DNA of 63,103 nt, counting the filler, from Octopus bimaculoides (taxonomy: Eukaryota), in assembly GCF_001194135.2 (NCBI RefSeq). It is 5 parts of 4 records of this genome, joined end to end, with 100 filler letters (N's around TTAATTAATTAA, not from the genome) between each part and the next. Parts side by side here need not be neighbours in the genome. Positions count along the whole stretch, not along the records: positions 4,670 to 16,699 come from NC_068983.1; positions 16,800 to 35,163 come from NC_068985.1; 3 more parts are not named here. One strand, given 5' to 3'. The notes beneath the pieces were generated by a model, which was not told where the DNA came from, searched no databases, and saw only the letters and a program-made list of their open reading frames with translations. Positions 10,301 to 22,679 of this stretch are shown here, in pieces. Position numbers and translations under genes: made by a program. Every line of letters begins with the position of its first letter. The first letter of the stretch is position 1.

Positions 10301-12306
10301 TGTGAAGTTAATACGTGAGTTTATGTTGAACTGTTTATTTAAATTGCTGCCATTGTTGATTCGTTAATTGTTGTTTTGTTTCCCGTTGTGGGAAAATGGA
10401 GAAGTAGCCGGAGGCAGGCCCCAGTTATGCGGCCGCAACGAGCAAAGGAGTAGACGTGAAAGAGTTGGAGGTCCGAGAAATAAAAGTGGAGCCCAGAAAG
10501 ATGAAGGAACGTGAAACATTAATCACTAAGGAAGGTAACATAGTAAAGCTAACGCCACCGGAAGAGTTATCGGCCAACGTGACAAAAAGAACGGTAACAT
10601 TTAAAACCATGAAGGCAACCGCGAGGAAAATAGAGATTGCGCCGATAGAAGCCATAGAGGAATGTATCAAGGAAATGAAAGGAGTTACAACATACGTAAC
10701 GAGAGGGAGGAGATACGCCACTGAGGGGGTGCGCTCCACAATGGAGGAGAAAGCAATAAAGCACTCCACAAAGGCAATAAGGTCAGAAGAATGGGTGCTC
10801 TTGCCTTCGTACTGCGGCAAACGTGTGGCCAAGATGCGAGTGGGTAAGGTGCCACTCGAATTGAAAGAAGAATGGCTGATGACAGCCATAACATTTAATA
10901 TGAAAGACGGGAAGATCTTGAAGGCTACCAGGACCCAGAAGGTGAACTACTGGGAATATGGTATCGAATTGACGATTCAGGCAGCAACAGAGGATTTGAA
11001 TAGTGTTGTGGATGAGATTGTGTTGCCAGAAGATGTGAGACTGAGAGTTATTGTGGAGGGTAGGCCACCAGTATTCTTCTCATGTGGAGAAAGGGGCCAC
11101 ATGAAGGCATGGTGCACACACAGAAAGCCACAGATAGAACAGTAGGAGAGACATGAGAGTGTAGACCAAGTAGTGCAGGGCAAGGCAACAGAAAAAGAAA
11201 CGGAGAAGGGATTCACTATAGTTAAAAAGAAAAGAAGGAGAAGCGGAGGAATGAGTTCTCCGCCAGAGAAGCAGAAAAAGAAGAGAGAAGAGTTGAGAAA
11301 TGAAACTGTGAAGGAAGGCAGTAGGAAGGAAAAAGAAAGGAAAAAGAAAGTGGAGTTACCAGCTGCTTATATATTTTACATGTGGGGAAAAAGGCCACAT
11401 GAGGGTGAGCTGCCCACAGAGAGAACAGACATAGAAGCAGGCGAGTACGGACCAGGTAGTACAGGTGGAGATTGAAGAAAAAAACAACGGAGGAGGAATT
11501 CACGGTGGTGAAAAAAGAAAGAGAAATGGAAGAGCGAGCCCACCACCTGAGAACCAGAAAAAGAAGAAAGAAGAGGGAGGTAGAAATGAAAGCTGCAACA
11601 AGAAGGAAGGAAGATAATAGGGTGGTGGAGAAAGTGAAAAAGAAATTGAAAAAGTGTTCCAGAAGGAGCTACAGAAGGAGGAAACAGTGATGAAGACGCC
11701 GGTTATTGCAGCGAAGGAAAAAAATCAGGAGTGTAACTGTACGTGGGTGAAATGGAGAGACTGTTCAGAGTGGAGATGGAAAAGGAAAAGGTACCAGAAG
11801 TGGAGCAGGAAAAGAGAAAACCAAAAAGAGGACAACAAATCAATGGAATTTCGTAAAACAAAGAACGGAAAGGAAAATTTTAAAATTTAAGCATATCATA
11901 CGAATGAGGTTACCCACGGAGAAGTATTCTGAAAATGTGAAGGCCATTGTGGTCGACAAAGACACATACAAGAGACTGAGATTGACCCGCCTGGAGTGTT
12001 GGTGGAGTTCGACGAACATCCCCCAGTAGTAGAGCTAAAAGACTTGGAGCCTTTTATGAGGTATTAAAAAGGAAAAAAAGTGTTTCATGAAAAAAAAAGA
12101 GAGAAAAATGATGATTAAGAAAAAAGCAATAAGAAAAATAGAACAATTGTAAATAGTTCACATAAACGTTCAAATGGTACTGCATAGGAGAGGGGCCCAT
12201 GCATCCATTTCATTTCTTCATTTTTATATAACATCTCATTCTCATTCGTTTTATGTCCCTATTTTGGTGTTGTGTCTGTCCTTGTAGTGCCAAATAAAGA
12301 AATAAG
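10301..12306 (+). mobile_element. Tx1/L1-like non-LTR element carrying only a gag-like ORF1
   Basis: 5' UTR, disrupted ORF1, no endonuclease or RT motifs, 3' end TGTCCTTGTAGTGCCAAATAAAGAAAT similar to LINE 3' ends at 14610 and 25625. Confidence 0.7.
10396..11890 (+). pseudogene. Gag-like ORF1 with one CCHC knuckle, disrupted
   Basis: ATG at 10396 is in frame with ORF 10456-11145 through TAG 10405 (MEK*PEAGPSYAAAT); RLRVIVEGRPPV-F-FSCGERGHMKAWC with first Cys as Phe; reads through TAG 11143 into a K/E-rich tail; frameshift near 11472. Confidence 0.75.
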
Positions 12307-12812
12307 TCTCTTTCTCAAGGAGACAACGCGCCGTCAGGAATCGAACTTCCAACCTTACAATCTCCAGCTGAATACACTGAATAGTGTATATATCATAGGT
12401 GCCTCATATTTGCATATTCCTAAAATATCTATAAATCTCTAAGTTATGCAAATTATTATATATTTTCATCTTTGTTCTTGTGAAGATTTTATTTTTCAAA
12501 AATCTTCCTTTCTATATTATTTTTTTGTACTTCAAAAATTTTATTTTAATTACTCAGTATTGACAGCTAATTCTTCTTAGTCTCTGCTGCCGTTGTTACC
12601 AAAGGAGGAAATATCAAAGTCGTTATTGGCATCGACTTCTTGCAACGTCAAGCACGGTTTCATAGATGTAAGACACATTTATACATAATGGCGTCTGCGT
12701 TATAAGACAATATAAGTGGCAATGTGTTGGTATATATTTTCGTATAGTTTGAGACGGTATACGTGGTATTAGGCACTAGATTTTCATGTAAAAGTGTTAG
12801 CTAAATTGACGA

Positions 12813-13158
12813 TTGGCACTCCGTCGGTTGCGAAGACGAGGGTTCCAGTTGATACTATCAACGAAACAGCCTGCTCGTGAAATTAACGTGCAAGTGGCTG
12901 AGCACTCCACAGACACGTGTACCCTTAACGTAGTTCTCTGAGAGATTCAGCGTGACAAGGCTGGCCCTTTGAAATGCAGGTATAACAGAAACAGGAAGTA
13001 AGAGTAAGAGACAGTTGTGGTGAAAGAGTACAGCAGGGTTCAACACAACCCTCTGCCGGAGCCTAATGGAGCTTTAGGTGTTTTCGCTCAATAAACACTC
13101 ACAACGCCCGGTCTGGGAATCGAAACTGCGAGTCCGCTGCCCTAGCCACTTGGCGATT
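12813..13158 (-). mobile_element. tRNA-derived SINE family C (GGAGGCGCAATGGCCCAGTGG head)
   Basis: High identity to copies at 16800 and 32924, including GTGGCTGAGCACTCCACAGACACGTGTACCC. Confidence 0.9.
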
Positions 13159-14099
13159 GTAATTGTTAAGTGGCTTTCTCTATTTACAATATGTGTGGAA
13201 GTGCTAATCCCTTTGGATTATATTTTTTTTTGTTTTGCTGTATTACGTATTACGTTTAAAATTAAGCGAAAAACAATGTGGGTATTTCTTAGTTTGAAGT
13301 TGATAACTGAAGGTAATTATATTCTAGTAGCAAACAGCACATAATATTAGATATTAGTTTATTTTTAAAGGTATTAATAATTATCCCATTCTCTTACTGG
13401 GTCATACCGTTATATTGGTGTTAAGCATGTGTATAAATTACAGAAATGTATATAAGTTATATTTTTAAATTTCTCATTGAAAGTACTTCAGTTATGGCTA
13501 CAATAACTACGAATAAAATCAAAAGACGTATGATACAGCTGGTATATTTCCTCACAAACTTAAATTACTGCCAACAACAATTACAATGTTTAGTGATTTA
13601 CATCTTATGTTCTGAGATGAGTCGTAATCGGACAATTTCTCTTAGCACTTGAGAGGATATAGTGGTCTATTGTTTAATTAAATATAAAGTTTCTATTATA
13701 TCTTAATACAGGGAAGTCCATTTTGAGATATTATGAGGAAAATTGCAATTACATTGAGATATTTCATGAAAAGGCAATTTTCATATGTATGTAAACTCAG
13801 ATTTCTTAACATCTGTTGTAGACTTTAGATTATATACTAAAAACATATTACAACGTTAGTATTCAAGTAGGAACCGAAGTATAATACAAGAGAGAAATAA
13901 AATATATTGGAACTGTCTAGACTTGTTACAATTTCTTCATTATCTCGTGTCTTATAGATCCCCCAAGTCTCTAACTAAAGAGTCGAGAAGTTACTATAGC
14001 TCAGGGTCTGATACATGCAGATTCCTTCAAATTATCACTGTTAATCTGTAGTAATCGCAGTAAAGTGTTTGTAGCTAAATCAGTTATCGATCGTCTTTC

Positions 14100-14610
14100 C
14101 TTTGCTTGCGTTTGTCTGTGTTTCTTTAAGGAATGTTACAATGTAATTTTTTGTCGGTGACTCTGCTGTAGTGATCTGTGGTATTGTATCTCAATACTGA
14201 ACATTGACTTAACCTGTTGTCTATTGATTGAAACGGGACAGACTGATGTGTACTTCCCTGCTTCTGTCGAGAGGAGGAGCTTGTCGCAAAGAGTATTTGC
14301 CAAAAGATGGAAGGATGTCGTAAGAAAGTTGTGTATGCAGGGGGCCATGCCAACAAGGTCGGACCGGGCATAGAAGGAAAAGAAATGGAAAAACAAAAAA
14401 ATCAACCGGCGGGTTAGAGGGACATCCCCAAATCTAAAAGTAATCAAATTTTTAAAACAATAACATCATCATATTATAATATATTATTCTCATGTAAAAA
14501 TCATTCGTTAAATCATCTGCAAAAAAGCTCAATGATCTATATGTTCCTTTTTGTCTGTCCTCGTTCGTCCCCTCTATGTATCCTAATTATTAGGAAATAA
14601 AAGAAATCAC
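14100..14610 (+). mobile_element. Decayed 3' end of a Tx1/L1-like LINE
   Basis: SVERRSLSQRVFAKRWKDVVRK resembles the KVERRRL C-terminus at 25280; ends TGTCTGTCCTC..GAAATAAAAGAAAT. Confidence 0.45.
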
Positions 14611-14789
14611 TTCCCTGCTTCTGTAAATTTTATATCTTATTCATATCCATCCGCCCCCTCCGAGCCTTCATCGTCATCATCATTATTATTGGACCTTGTG
14701 GTTAATAAAGGATTATTATTTTTATTCTTTCAATCTTGTTTCCATTTGTTGCCGAGTGTCTTCCCCACAACTAGGGTAAATTTCTTATT

Positions 14790-15205
14790 AAGGCGGCGAG
14801 CTGGCAAAATCGTTAGCACGCGGGCGAAATGCTTAGTGGTATTTCGTTCTGAGTTTAAATCACGCTGAGGTCGACTTTGCCTTTCATCCATTCGGGATCG
14901 ATAAATTAAGTACCAGTTGCGTACTAAAGTCGCTCTAATCAACTGGCCCCCTACCCCATAAATTTCAGGCCTTGTGCCTATAGTAGAAAGAATTATTATG
15001 TAAGGCGATGGGCTGGCAGAATCGTTAGCACGCTGGACGAAATGCTTAGCAGTATTTTGTCCATCACAACGTGGTGAGTTCAAATTTCACCGAGGTTGAC
15101 TTTGCCTTTTATCCTCTGAGGGTCGATAAATTAACAGTGAGCACTGGGGTCGATGTAAGTGACTTATCCCCCCCCCCCAGCGCTTGTGGCAAAATTTGAA
15201 ACCAC
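14790..15205 (+). mobile_element. Two tandem family A SINEs
   Basis: Heads GGCGGCGAGCTGGCAAAATCG (about 14791) and GGCGATGGGCTGGCAGAATCG (about 15004) joined by ATTATTAT. Confidence 0.9.
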
Positions 15206-16425
15206 TTTTATTATTTATTTTCTTTGAACAGCTTCGAACGCTGGAGATGTACTACAGTGCCAGATGTTCACTACCAGTGAACTAAAGTAACACCCATTAA
15301 TTTTCGAGCACCATCTGGAGTATTCGAGTGGTTCCAAGCAGTGCTGCTTTCTGCAAGTGCGCCCCCCTTATTGCAGCTCCTATTTCTTTCATGTACTTCT
15401 CAAGATTTCCACTCACTGTTCCCAGGGCTCCAAAATTTATTGGTACTACTACCACGTTTTTCAGCAACCGCAACTACTTAACCTGTCATATCTATCGACT
15501 TTCTTTCTTCCTTGTCGCATACCTTGCTTTTCTTTTCATTCACTCCAAATGCCTTCAGGCACACTAGGAGCCAGATGTGTGGAACATTGTCGTAAGCTTG
15601 TTTTTTCTTTTGCTTCTCCGGCAATACTCGTTTTCCCGAAAATAATACATGTTATTTGTTATCAGTCTAGCTTCATGACTGTCAGAGAAATGGTAAACAT
15701 GCTGACTTCCCCTGTCTTTGAGTATCAGCACAGTCTTACTTTTAGGATCCAGTTGGCGTTCAAGTTTCTGTGCAGTCATCAAAAGGAACAAAAATGTCGT
15801 ATATGATTTTACTTGGGAGATTATTGAGCCAGAATCAATGAAAACCATTTGGTCCAAAATCTTTCTAGCTTTTGGTATTTTCATGATCATATTTTTCACG
15901 TACTTATCCGTAGTTGTTGTATTTCCTTGTTTCATTCCATCTTCATTCCATTAAATTAGACATGGCCTGGGCCAACTTCGGCCGTAAGTTACCGAAGTAA
16001 TCTTCTATTTCCAATCACCGCAATCAGTCTGCTTTAGTTTTGGACATCTCGCTCTAGAATTTTACTCTGTGTTCTTGCAGCTTCAGCATGTGGCATATCG
16101 TTCCCTTGATGCCCCTTTTTTATTGTTCGTTTTCTTTTTTTTACATAATTTTCTTCTGTTCTTGAAGAGTCTATTCTGCTGGTACTGATATTCTCCTTTG
16201 TTGGTAATCTTGTTTTTATGTCCACTCAGTTTCGGTTTTTGTCGTAATTCTTCCTTAACTGTTTGCAATACTTTGTGTCTGCTGTACCTTCTTTACTCTC
16301 CGTTCTTATGTCTTTCACTCACCCTCATCTCGTCTCTATTGCATGTATCCATCCAAGACATCTCTTGAACTGTTCAGTTTGGTTCTCAAGTCTTCATTCC
16401 TAGTCTTCTTCGTCTCCTCCACCTA
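15205..16425 (-). mobile_element. R4/Dong-like non-LTR retrotransposon relic with large internal deletion
   Basis: Minus strand gives YQQNRLF, FGPNGFH*FWLNNL, KTVLILKD, AYDNVPHIWLLVCLKAFGV, then jumps to VVVVPINFGALGTVS..LQKAALLGTTRILQMVL*. Confidence 0.8.
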
Positions 16426-16549
16426 ACAATAATGGTAAGAGTAATGCTAATAATAATAGTAATAATACCAGTAATAATTGTAACAGTAATAATAATAATA
16501 ATAATGATAATTATAACAGTAATAATAATAATAATGATAATTGTAACAG

Positions 16550-16580
<31 letters not shown>

Positions 16581-16699
16581 TGTAACAGTAATAATAATAA
16601 TGATAATGATAATTGTAACAGTAATAATAATAATGATAATGATAATTGTAACAGTAATAATAATAATAATAATAATAATGATAATTGTAATAATAATAA
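16425..16699. repeat. (AAT)n-derived minisatellite with higher-order unit ATAATTGTAACAGTAATAATAATAATG
   Basis: AATTGTAACAGT recurs at least five times among AAT/GAT triplets. Confidence 0.9.
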
Positions 16700-16799
16700 N
16701 NNNNNNNNNNNNNNNNNNNNNNNNNNNNNNNNNNNNNNNNNNNTTAATTAATTAANNNNNNNNNNNNNNNNNNNNNNNNNNNNNNNNNNNNNNNNNNNN

Positions 16800-17097
16800 G
16801 TGGCTGAGCACTCCACAGACACGTGTACCCTTAACGTAGTTCTCGGGGATATTCAGCGTGACACAGTGGGACATGGCTGGCCCTTTGAAATACAGGCACA
16901 ACAGAAACAGGAAGAAAGAGTGAGAGAAAGTTATCGTGAAAGAGTACAGCAGGGTTCGCTACCATCCCCTGCCGGAGCCTCGTGGAGCTTTTATGTGTTT
17001 TCGCTCAATAAACACTCACAACGCCCGGTCTGGGAATCGAAACCGCGATCCTATGACCGTGAGTCCGCTGCTCTAGCCACTGGGCCATTGCGCCTCC
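16800..17097 (-). mobile_element. SINE family C copy, cut by a gap
   Basis: Ends CCACTGGGCCATTGCGCCTCC; body matches 32924-33307. Confidence 0.92.
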
Positions 17098-17741
17098 AGT
17101 GCATAAGTGCAATTATTTGTCATCTGCCCATTTGAAAATAGATATTTATTTATAAAATATGGATGGCAGATGATGTAAGCTAACAAGGAAAAGAATGAGA
17201 CGGTATAGCAATGATGTAAAGATAAGGAGATAGTCAAATCACTAGAAGCACTGGAGCATCAATGTGTAGAAGGGAAAATATGAATCAAAGGGTATACAGT
17301 AAGTATTTACAAGAGATAAGGGAACGTGCTTAAAACAGACTGTAATATGAAAATGAGAACGTAAAAAAAAACTGTAAACATATAGTTCAAAGTTACTGCA
17401 GTGGTGACATGAATATTCCCTGTAATCATTGCGAAGCTCTTAGAATTGTAACTGAACCCCTGAGCTGCTGAGCGAATGGAAAGGTCACGCTCCTTCAATT
17501 ACAGCCTTATCTAGAAGAACTGAAAGGTGTTTTTAAATGAAAATAATACAGAATATACGATTTTTAAAAGAACACTGATTTTTATGACTCTATATAAACT
17601 TACTAAAAAAATTTCCTATTTGTCGTGGAATTTTCACGGGTTCTGATAGTGTGTGATAGAGTATTAAATACTCTGTATAATATTGTACGAAATACGTTTG
17701 TTAAATAAATGCTTATAATCATGTTTTGAATACGTGATATA

Positions 17742-17956
17742 CGATGAGGTGTTGAAAAGTTCCTGGCTTTGGGTAAAAGAAAATACAGGAGGATCAGTTA
17801 ATTATGATTTTAATCAGCATATTCCCCTCGGATTATAACACTTATTGTTGTGGTCCTTCAGTTTTTCTAAACCCTGTAAAATAACTCGGAAGTTTAGGCC
17901 TCTAACCAGGCTTTTCGCGACACCCTTAAAATCAAAAACTTTTCAGTACCCCCTCG
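17742..17956. mobile_element. mariner-type MITE
   Basis: TA-CGATGAGGTGTTGAAAAGTT left end and AACTTTTCAGTACCCCCTCG-TA right end form imperfect inverted repeats with TA duplication. Confidence 0.8.
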
Positions 17957-19051
17957 TATAATTCATCCATCTCCGCCAACTATTTCTGAGATGGTCGCAG
18001 GGGTATAGCCTTCAGGCACTTTCCCTTTAGGGCTTTATCAGAAGCCCTCTGGTTGGGTTCCCAAGCGTGATTCAAACACCTCGTTCTTGTTTTATCCCTA
18101 AGGCTCCTGCCAGTTGGCTCCGCTTGAAGAATCTATATTGCATTTCTTTCCTGTGACATTCTAATCCGGTACTACGGACACATGTCCGTAGTACCGGAAC
18201 TGTTACCTTTCAATGCGAAGTAGCGACACAGCCTGGAGAGACACTCTAATCTCCGAGCTACGCACCCTGTCGAATAACGTTCCTCAAGAGGCCATCAGGC
18301 GAATTCCATTTCGGCCGCTTGTATCTGCGATCGTACTCTTTCGGCTATTTCCCAACATTCATGATTACAGGTTAAATACAATAATGTATTAAATACATTA
18401 TGTTTGATGATTTATTAAATACAGTAACGATAATAATAAGGTATTAAATATATTATATATAACACGGTGTAACACTATTATATATCATATATAATATAAT
18501 ATATTATTATATATAATATAATTTATATATAATATAATATAATATAATATATATAATATATAATATATATTAATACAACCGCTCAATTTCAACTCCTTAA
18601 AAATGCTTCTCTGATACTCGTATAAATTTCTATTTGTCTTCCCAAACAAGACTACCAAGATTCCACACATGCACAGGCACTACCAAATAACACGTAATTA
18701 ATATGACAATTTTCCGTAATAAAATTTGCAAAAATATGTTAATAACCAACGTAGTAATTAATACAAGACGACAATATTTTCGCGCAGAAGCGAGCTATAA
18801 ACGTTGTTACAGCATACTCGTAAATCATTCATTAACCTTGATATACATAGATATACATAATTCATTTTGATGTAATAAAAGAAACTCTTGAGGCATCTCT
18901 CAAATCTTGAATATTATTAGTAATAACGACCCGGCAATCCTGTCTTTATTGACTGCTAGTGTTTCATAGACACAGTAAGAAAACATGTCGAAGAAACTGG
19001 GTTACGAAACAGGCATGTACGCGTTCATAGGTATTTATGTGTGTGCGCGTG

Positions 19052-19092
<41 letters not shown>

Positions 19093-19851
19093 NNNNNNNN
19101 NNNNNNNNNNNNNNNNNNNNNNNNNNNNNNNNNNNNNNNNNNNNNNNNNNNNNNNNNNNNNNNNNNNNNNNNNNNNNNNNNNNNNNNNNNNNNNNNNNNN
19201 NNNNNNNNNNNNNNNNNNNNNNNNNNNNNNNNNNNNNNNNNNNNNNNNNNNNNNNNNNNNNNNNNNNNNNNNNNNNNNNNNNNNNNNNNNNNNNNNNNNN
19301 NNNNNNNNNNNNNNNNNNNNNNNNNNNNNNNNNNNNNNNNNNNNNNNNNNNNNNNNNNNNNNNNNNNNNNNNNNNNNNNNNNNNNNNNNNNNNNNNNNNN
19401 NNNNNNNNNNNNNNNNNNNNNNNNNNNNNNNNNNNNNNNNNNNNNNNNNNNNNNNNNNNNNNNNNNNNNNNNNNNNNNNNNNNNNNNNNNNNNNNNNNNN
19501 NNNNNNNNNNNNNNNNNNNNNNNNNNNNNNNNNNNNNNNNNNNNNNNNNNNNNNNNNNNNNNNNNNNNNNNNNNNNNNNNNNNNNNNNNNNNNNNNNNNN
19601 NNNNNNNNNNNNNNNNNNNNNNNNNNNNNNNNNNNNNNNNNNNNNNNNNNNNNNNNNNNNNNNNNNNNNNNNNNNNNNNNNNNNNNNNNNNNNNNNNNNN
19701 NNNNNNNNNNNNNNNNNNNNNNNNNNNNNNNNNNNNNNNNNNNNNNNNNNNNNNNNNNNNNNNNNNNNNNNNNNNNNNNNNNNNNNNNNNNNNNNNNNNN
19801 NNNNNNNNNNNNNNNNNNNNNNNNNNNNNNNNNNNNNNNNNNNNNNNNNTT

Positions 19852-19960
19852 CAGTTGTTGAGACATCGCTGGCGTGGCGTCTGTCATTCGTCTGCCTTCA
19901 CCTGGCACCAGTATTCTTCCTCCCTCTCGAAAAGTCAACAGAGTGTTTGATTCTCTTTAG
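19852..19960 (-). mobile_element. ORF1 relic of the same LINE group
   Basis: LTFREGGRILVPGEGRR aligns with IELTEGYRLYVVVEGRRP (56650-56690) and VLPEDVRLRVIVEGRPP (11020-11070). Confidence 0.45.
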
Positions 19961-19971
19961 GTGTCAATATT

Positions 19972-20150
19972 AGGTAAGTAATTTCGTTCGCCTTTACTTT
20001 CTGAGTTTTAATTCCGCCGAGGTCGACTTCGCCTTTCGTTCTTTCGGGATCGATAAAATAAGTACCAGTTGAACACTGGGGTCGATGTAATTGACTTACC
20101 CCTCCCTCGAAATTGCTGGCCTTGTACCAAAATTTTAAATCCCTATTAAT
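19972..20150 (+). mobile_element. SINE family A copy lacking its head
   Basis: CCGCCGAGGTCGACTTCGCCTTTCGTTCTTTCGGGATCGATAAAATAAGTACC. Confidence 0.85.
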
Positions 20151-20689
20151 TAAGTAAAATTCTGGTACTCCATGGCTTACCATTTATTTAGCTTCTCTAT
20201 TTTTTCTTACTTTCTTTTTTCTTTTCTTAGAACTTTCTCAGCCGTGTCCATTCTCCATCTCCGCATCTCCGTAAAATGGTGAAACGGTAGAGCTACTGGT
20301 AGTCTTTGACTGTTCTTGTGTTGCATGAGGGGCAGTTCCGTTTCAGTTATTGTGGTCAGTTTTAAGTACTGGTGGAACTGGCGATGAAGCAGTTTTTCTT
20401 ACTTCCGCTCTGCCCTTTCCAGGAGTTGCGACCATGGAGCTCTGGAAACAACAGTAGCAGCAATGATGATCATAATCTCTGAATCGTGTTGTCACTATTG
20501 CTGCAACCTGTGATGTCGTTCATCGCCCTATTTTCTTTCTGCTTTTCATCTTTTGAGCAGTAGGGTTCCTATTCACTTTCCATCTACCACATTGAATCAC
20601 AAGGCATTAATCAATACCGGGCTATAGTGAAAGACAGTGGCACCCAAAATAATCAAGAACTGGGAAGAAAATACATGCGCGCTCTTTTC

Positions 20690-20833
20690 ACATGGTGATT
20701 TCTTCTGACCAAAGCATTGCACAAAAAGAATTAGCGAGACTATCTAGATACAAGCATCATGAAATTGAAATTAACTGTTTGTGGGGCAGGAAAGTAATAA
20801 CGGTACCAGTAATAATTGGAACTCTAGACATCT
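20690..20833 (+). mobile_element. R4/Dong-like restriction-like endonuclease fragment
   Basis: SSDQSIAQKELARLSRYKHHEIEINCLWGRKVITVPVIIGTL resembles the K..KY.DL.IE..RMW..PVIIGALG segment. Confidence 0.65.
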
Positions 20834-20834
20834 T

Positions 20835-21280
20835 TTATGTTTTGCTTGTTTCATGCATTGGACTGCACCCATGCTGGAGCACTCCATTGAAGGGTTTACT
20901 TGAACAAATCGATGCAAGTATTTATTCTTAAAGACTAGCACTTATTATATCGTTCTCTTTTCCTGAACTGCTAAGTTACGAAGATGCAAACAAGCCAACA
21001 CCGGTCGTTAAGCTATGGCGGTGATAGTGGCGGTGGTGGTGGCAGCGGTGGCAGCGGCGGCAGCGGTGGTGGTGGTGGTTGACAAACCCATACGCTAGAA
21101 CACACACGTTTACATATGTGACGAACTTCCGCACAGTTTCCGTCTACTAAATTCACTCATAAGATATTGGTTTGCTGATGGCTATAGTAGAAGTCAGCTT
21201 CTCGAGCTACCGCAAAGTGGGATCGAACGCAAAACTATGTGCTGCAAAGCGAACTTCTCTACCACCTAGTCATGCCTGCA
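20835..21280 (-). mobile_element. SINE family B with a GGT/GGC-rich central repeat
   Basis: Same flanking blocks as other B copies, but the centre is GGCGGTGGTGGTGGCAGCGG rather than (CA)/(TA). Confidence 0.75.
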
Positions 21281-22166
21281 CCTGTATGATAAAAATCTAT
21301 GGGCAACAACAATCGACCCACGCAAGAACTTACAACCAGTTTCACGTGACCACGTGATCACGTGTCCGACCAAACTATCAGATGTTGTTACACATCGTTG
21401 GTCACAATGCGCTTTGCAACATTTTCACCTTCAAATCACGCCACCCCACTTGTTCGGAGAGCAGGCCAATATTCCCTCCTAACCGAAAGGGGGAGTGGAG
21501 GGAAGTGAAAGGAAATGTTTTTGCTCTAGAATACAACACACCGCCAAGCCTAATCACTAGACCACGCGCTTTCACACAACGTTATGTACAGTACAAAAAG
21601 TACCTCTACTAAGTACGGTCCACATCTTCTCTTGTACAAAATACTTTCAGATCAGATAGTACATGTCCCACACAATGACCACCCAAGAACATGACACAGC
21701 CCACGCATAGATCAGATAATATACATTATCACCATCCAACAAAATGAGTGACAAAACAGACACTTGACGCTATAACGAAAACAGACACAGAGCTCACGTG
21801 TTAAACAGCTGCAACGCATCAATTTTCCTTATAAACCACACATTTCATATGATACGCCATAACCGGCTGACGCTGAAATACATAACGCCAATTGCATAAC
21901 TACGTAACACATATAAAACGTTTTCAAAATCATAGCAAACAGCACAACGGACATGGGGCATAATCTAAACACCAGAGGAAATGCTAAAATAGTACTAAAA
22001 ACGAACCAAGATCCAAAGCAAGGTAAAAACTGATCTACAGCTCCCAAAAGCATAATGCTGCACACATCTCCGGAACACAGAAGTGTACCTTAGGATATAG
22101 TTGAAGCGGTTATGAACTTCTCTATAATAACAATAATCCTTTCTATTATAGACACAAGGTCTGAAT

Positions 22167-22273
<107 letters not shown>

Positions 22274-22284
22274 TGTGTGTGTGA

Positions 22285-22410
22285 GTCGATTACATCGACC
22301 CCAGTGCACAACTGGTGTTTATTTTATCGACTTCGAAAGGATGAATGACAAAGTCGACCAGGCGTAATTTCATCTCACAAGGGGCTAAACATAGAGGAGA
22401 CAAACAAGGG
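22285..22410 (-). mobile_element. SINE family A fragment
   Basis: AGTCGATTACATCGACCCCAGTGCACAACTGG..GACAAAGTCGACC. Confidence 0.75.
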
Positions 22411-22602
22411 CNNNNNNNNNNNNNNNNNNNNNNNNNNNNNNNNNNNNNNNNNNNNNNNNNNNNNNNNNNNNNNNNNNNNNNNNNNNNNNNNNNNNNNNNN
22501 NNNNNNNNNNNNNNNNNNNNNNNNNNNNNNNNNNNNNNNNNNNNNNNNNNNNNNNNNNNNNNNNNNNNNNNNNNNNNNNNNNNNNNNNNNNNNNNNNNNN
22601 NN

Positions 22603-22659
<57 letters not shown>

Positions 22660-22679
22660 GCTCTCTACAACACTGATTT

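Noticed and set aside
18964-19973. Long ORFs of 200-500 aa here and at 36648-37383, 40152-41112, 43268-48705, 57417-58133, 60959-61926
   Set aside because: They run through N gaps and microsatellites, which contain no stop codons; no real coding content.
20224-20600. GC-richer segment resembling a LINE ORF1 piece
   Set aside because: No recognisable motif in any frame by eye.
21600-22090. A/C-rich segment suggestive of a decayed LINE ORF
   Set aside because: Stops in all frames tried and no endonuclease or RT motif found.
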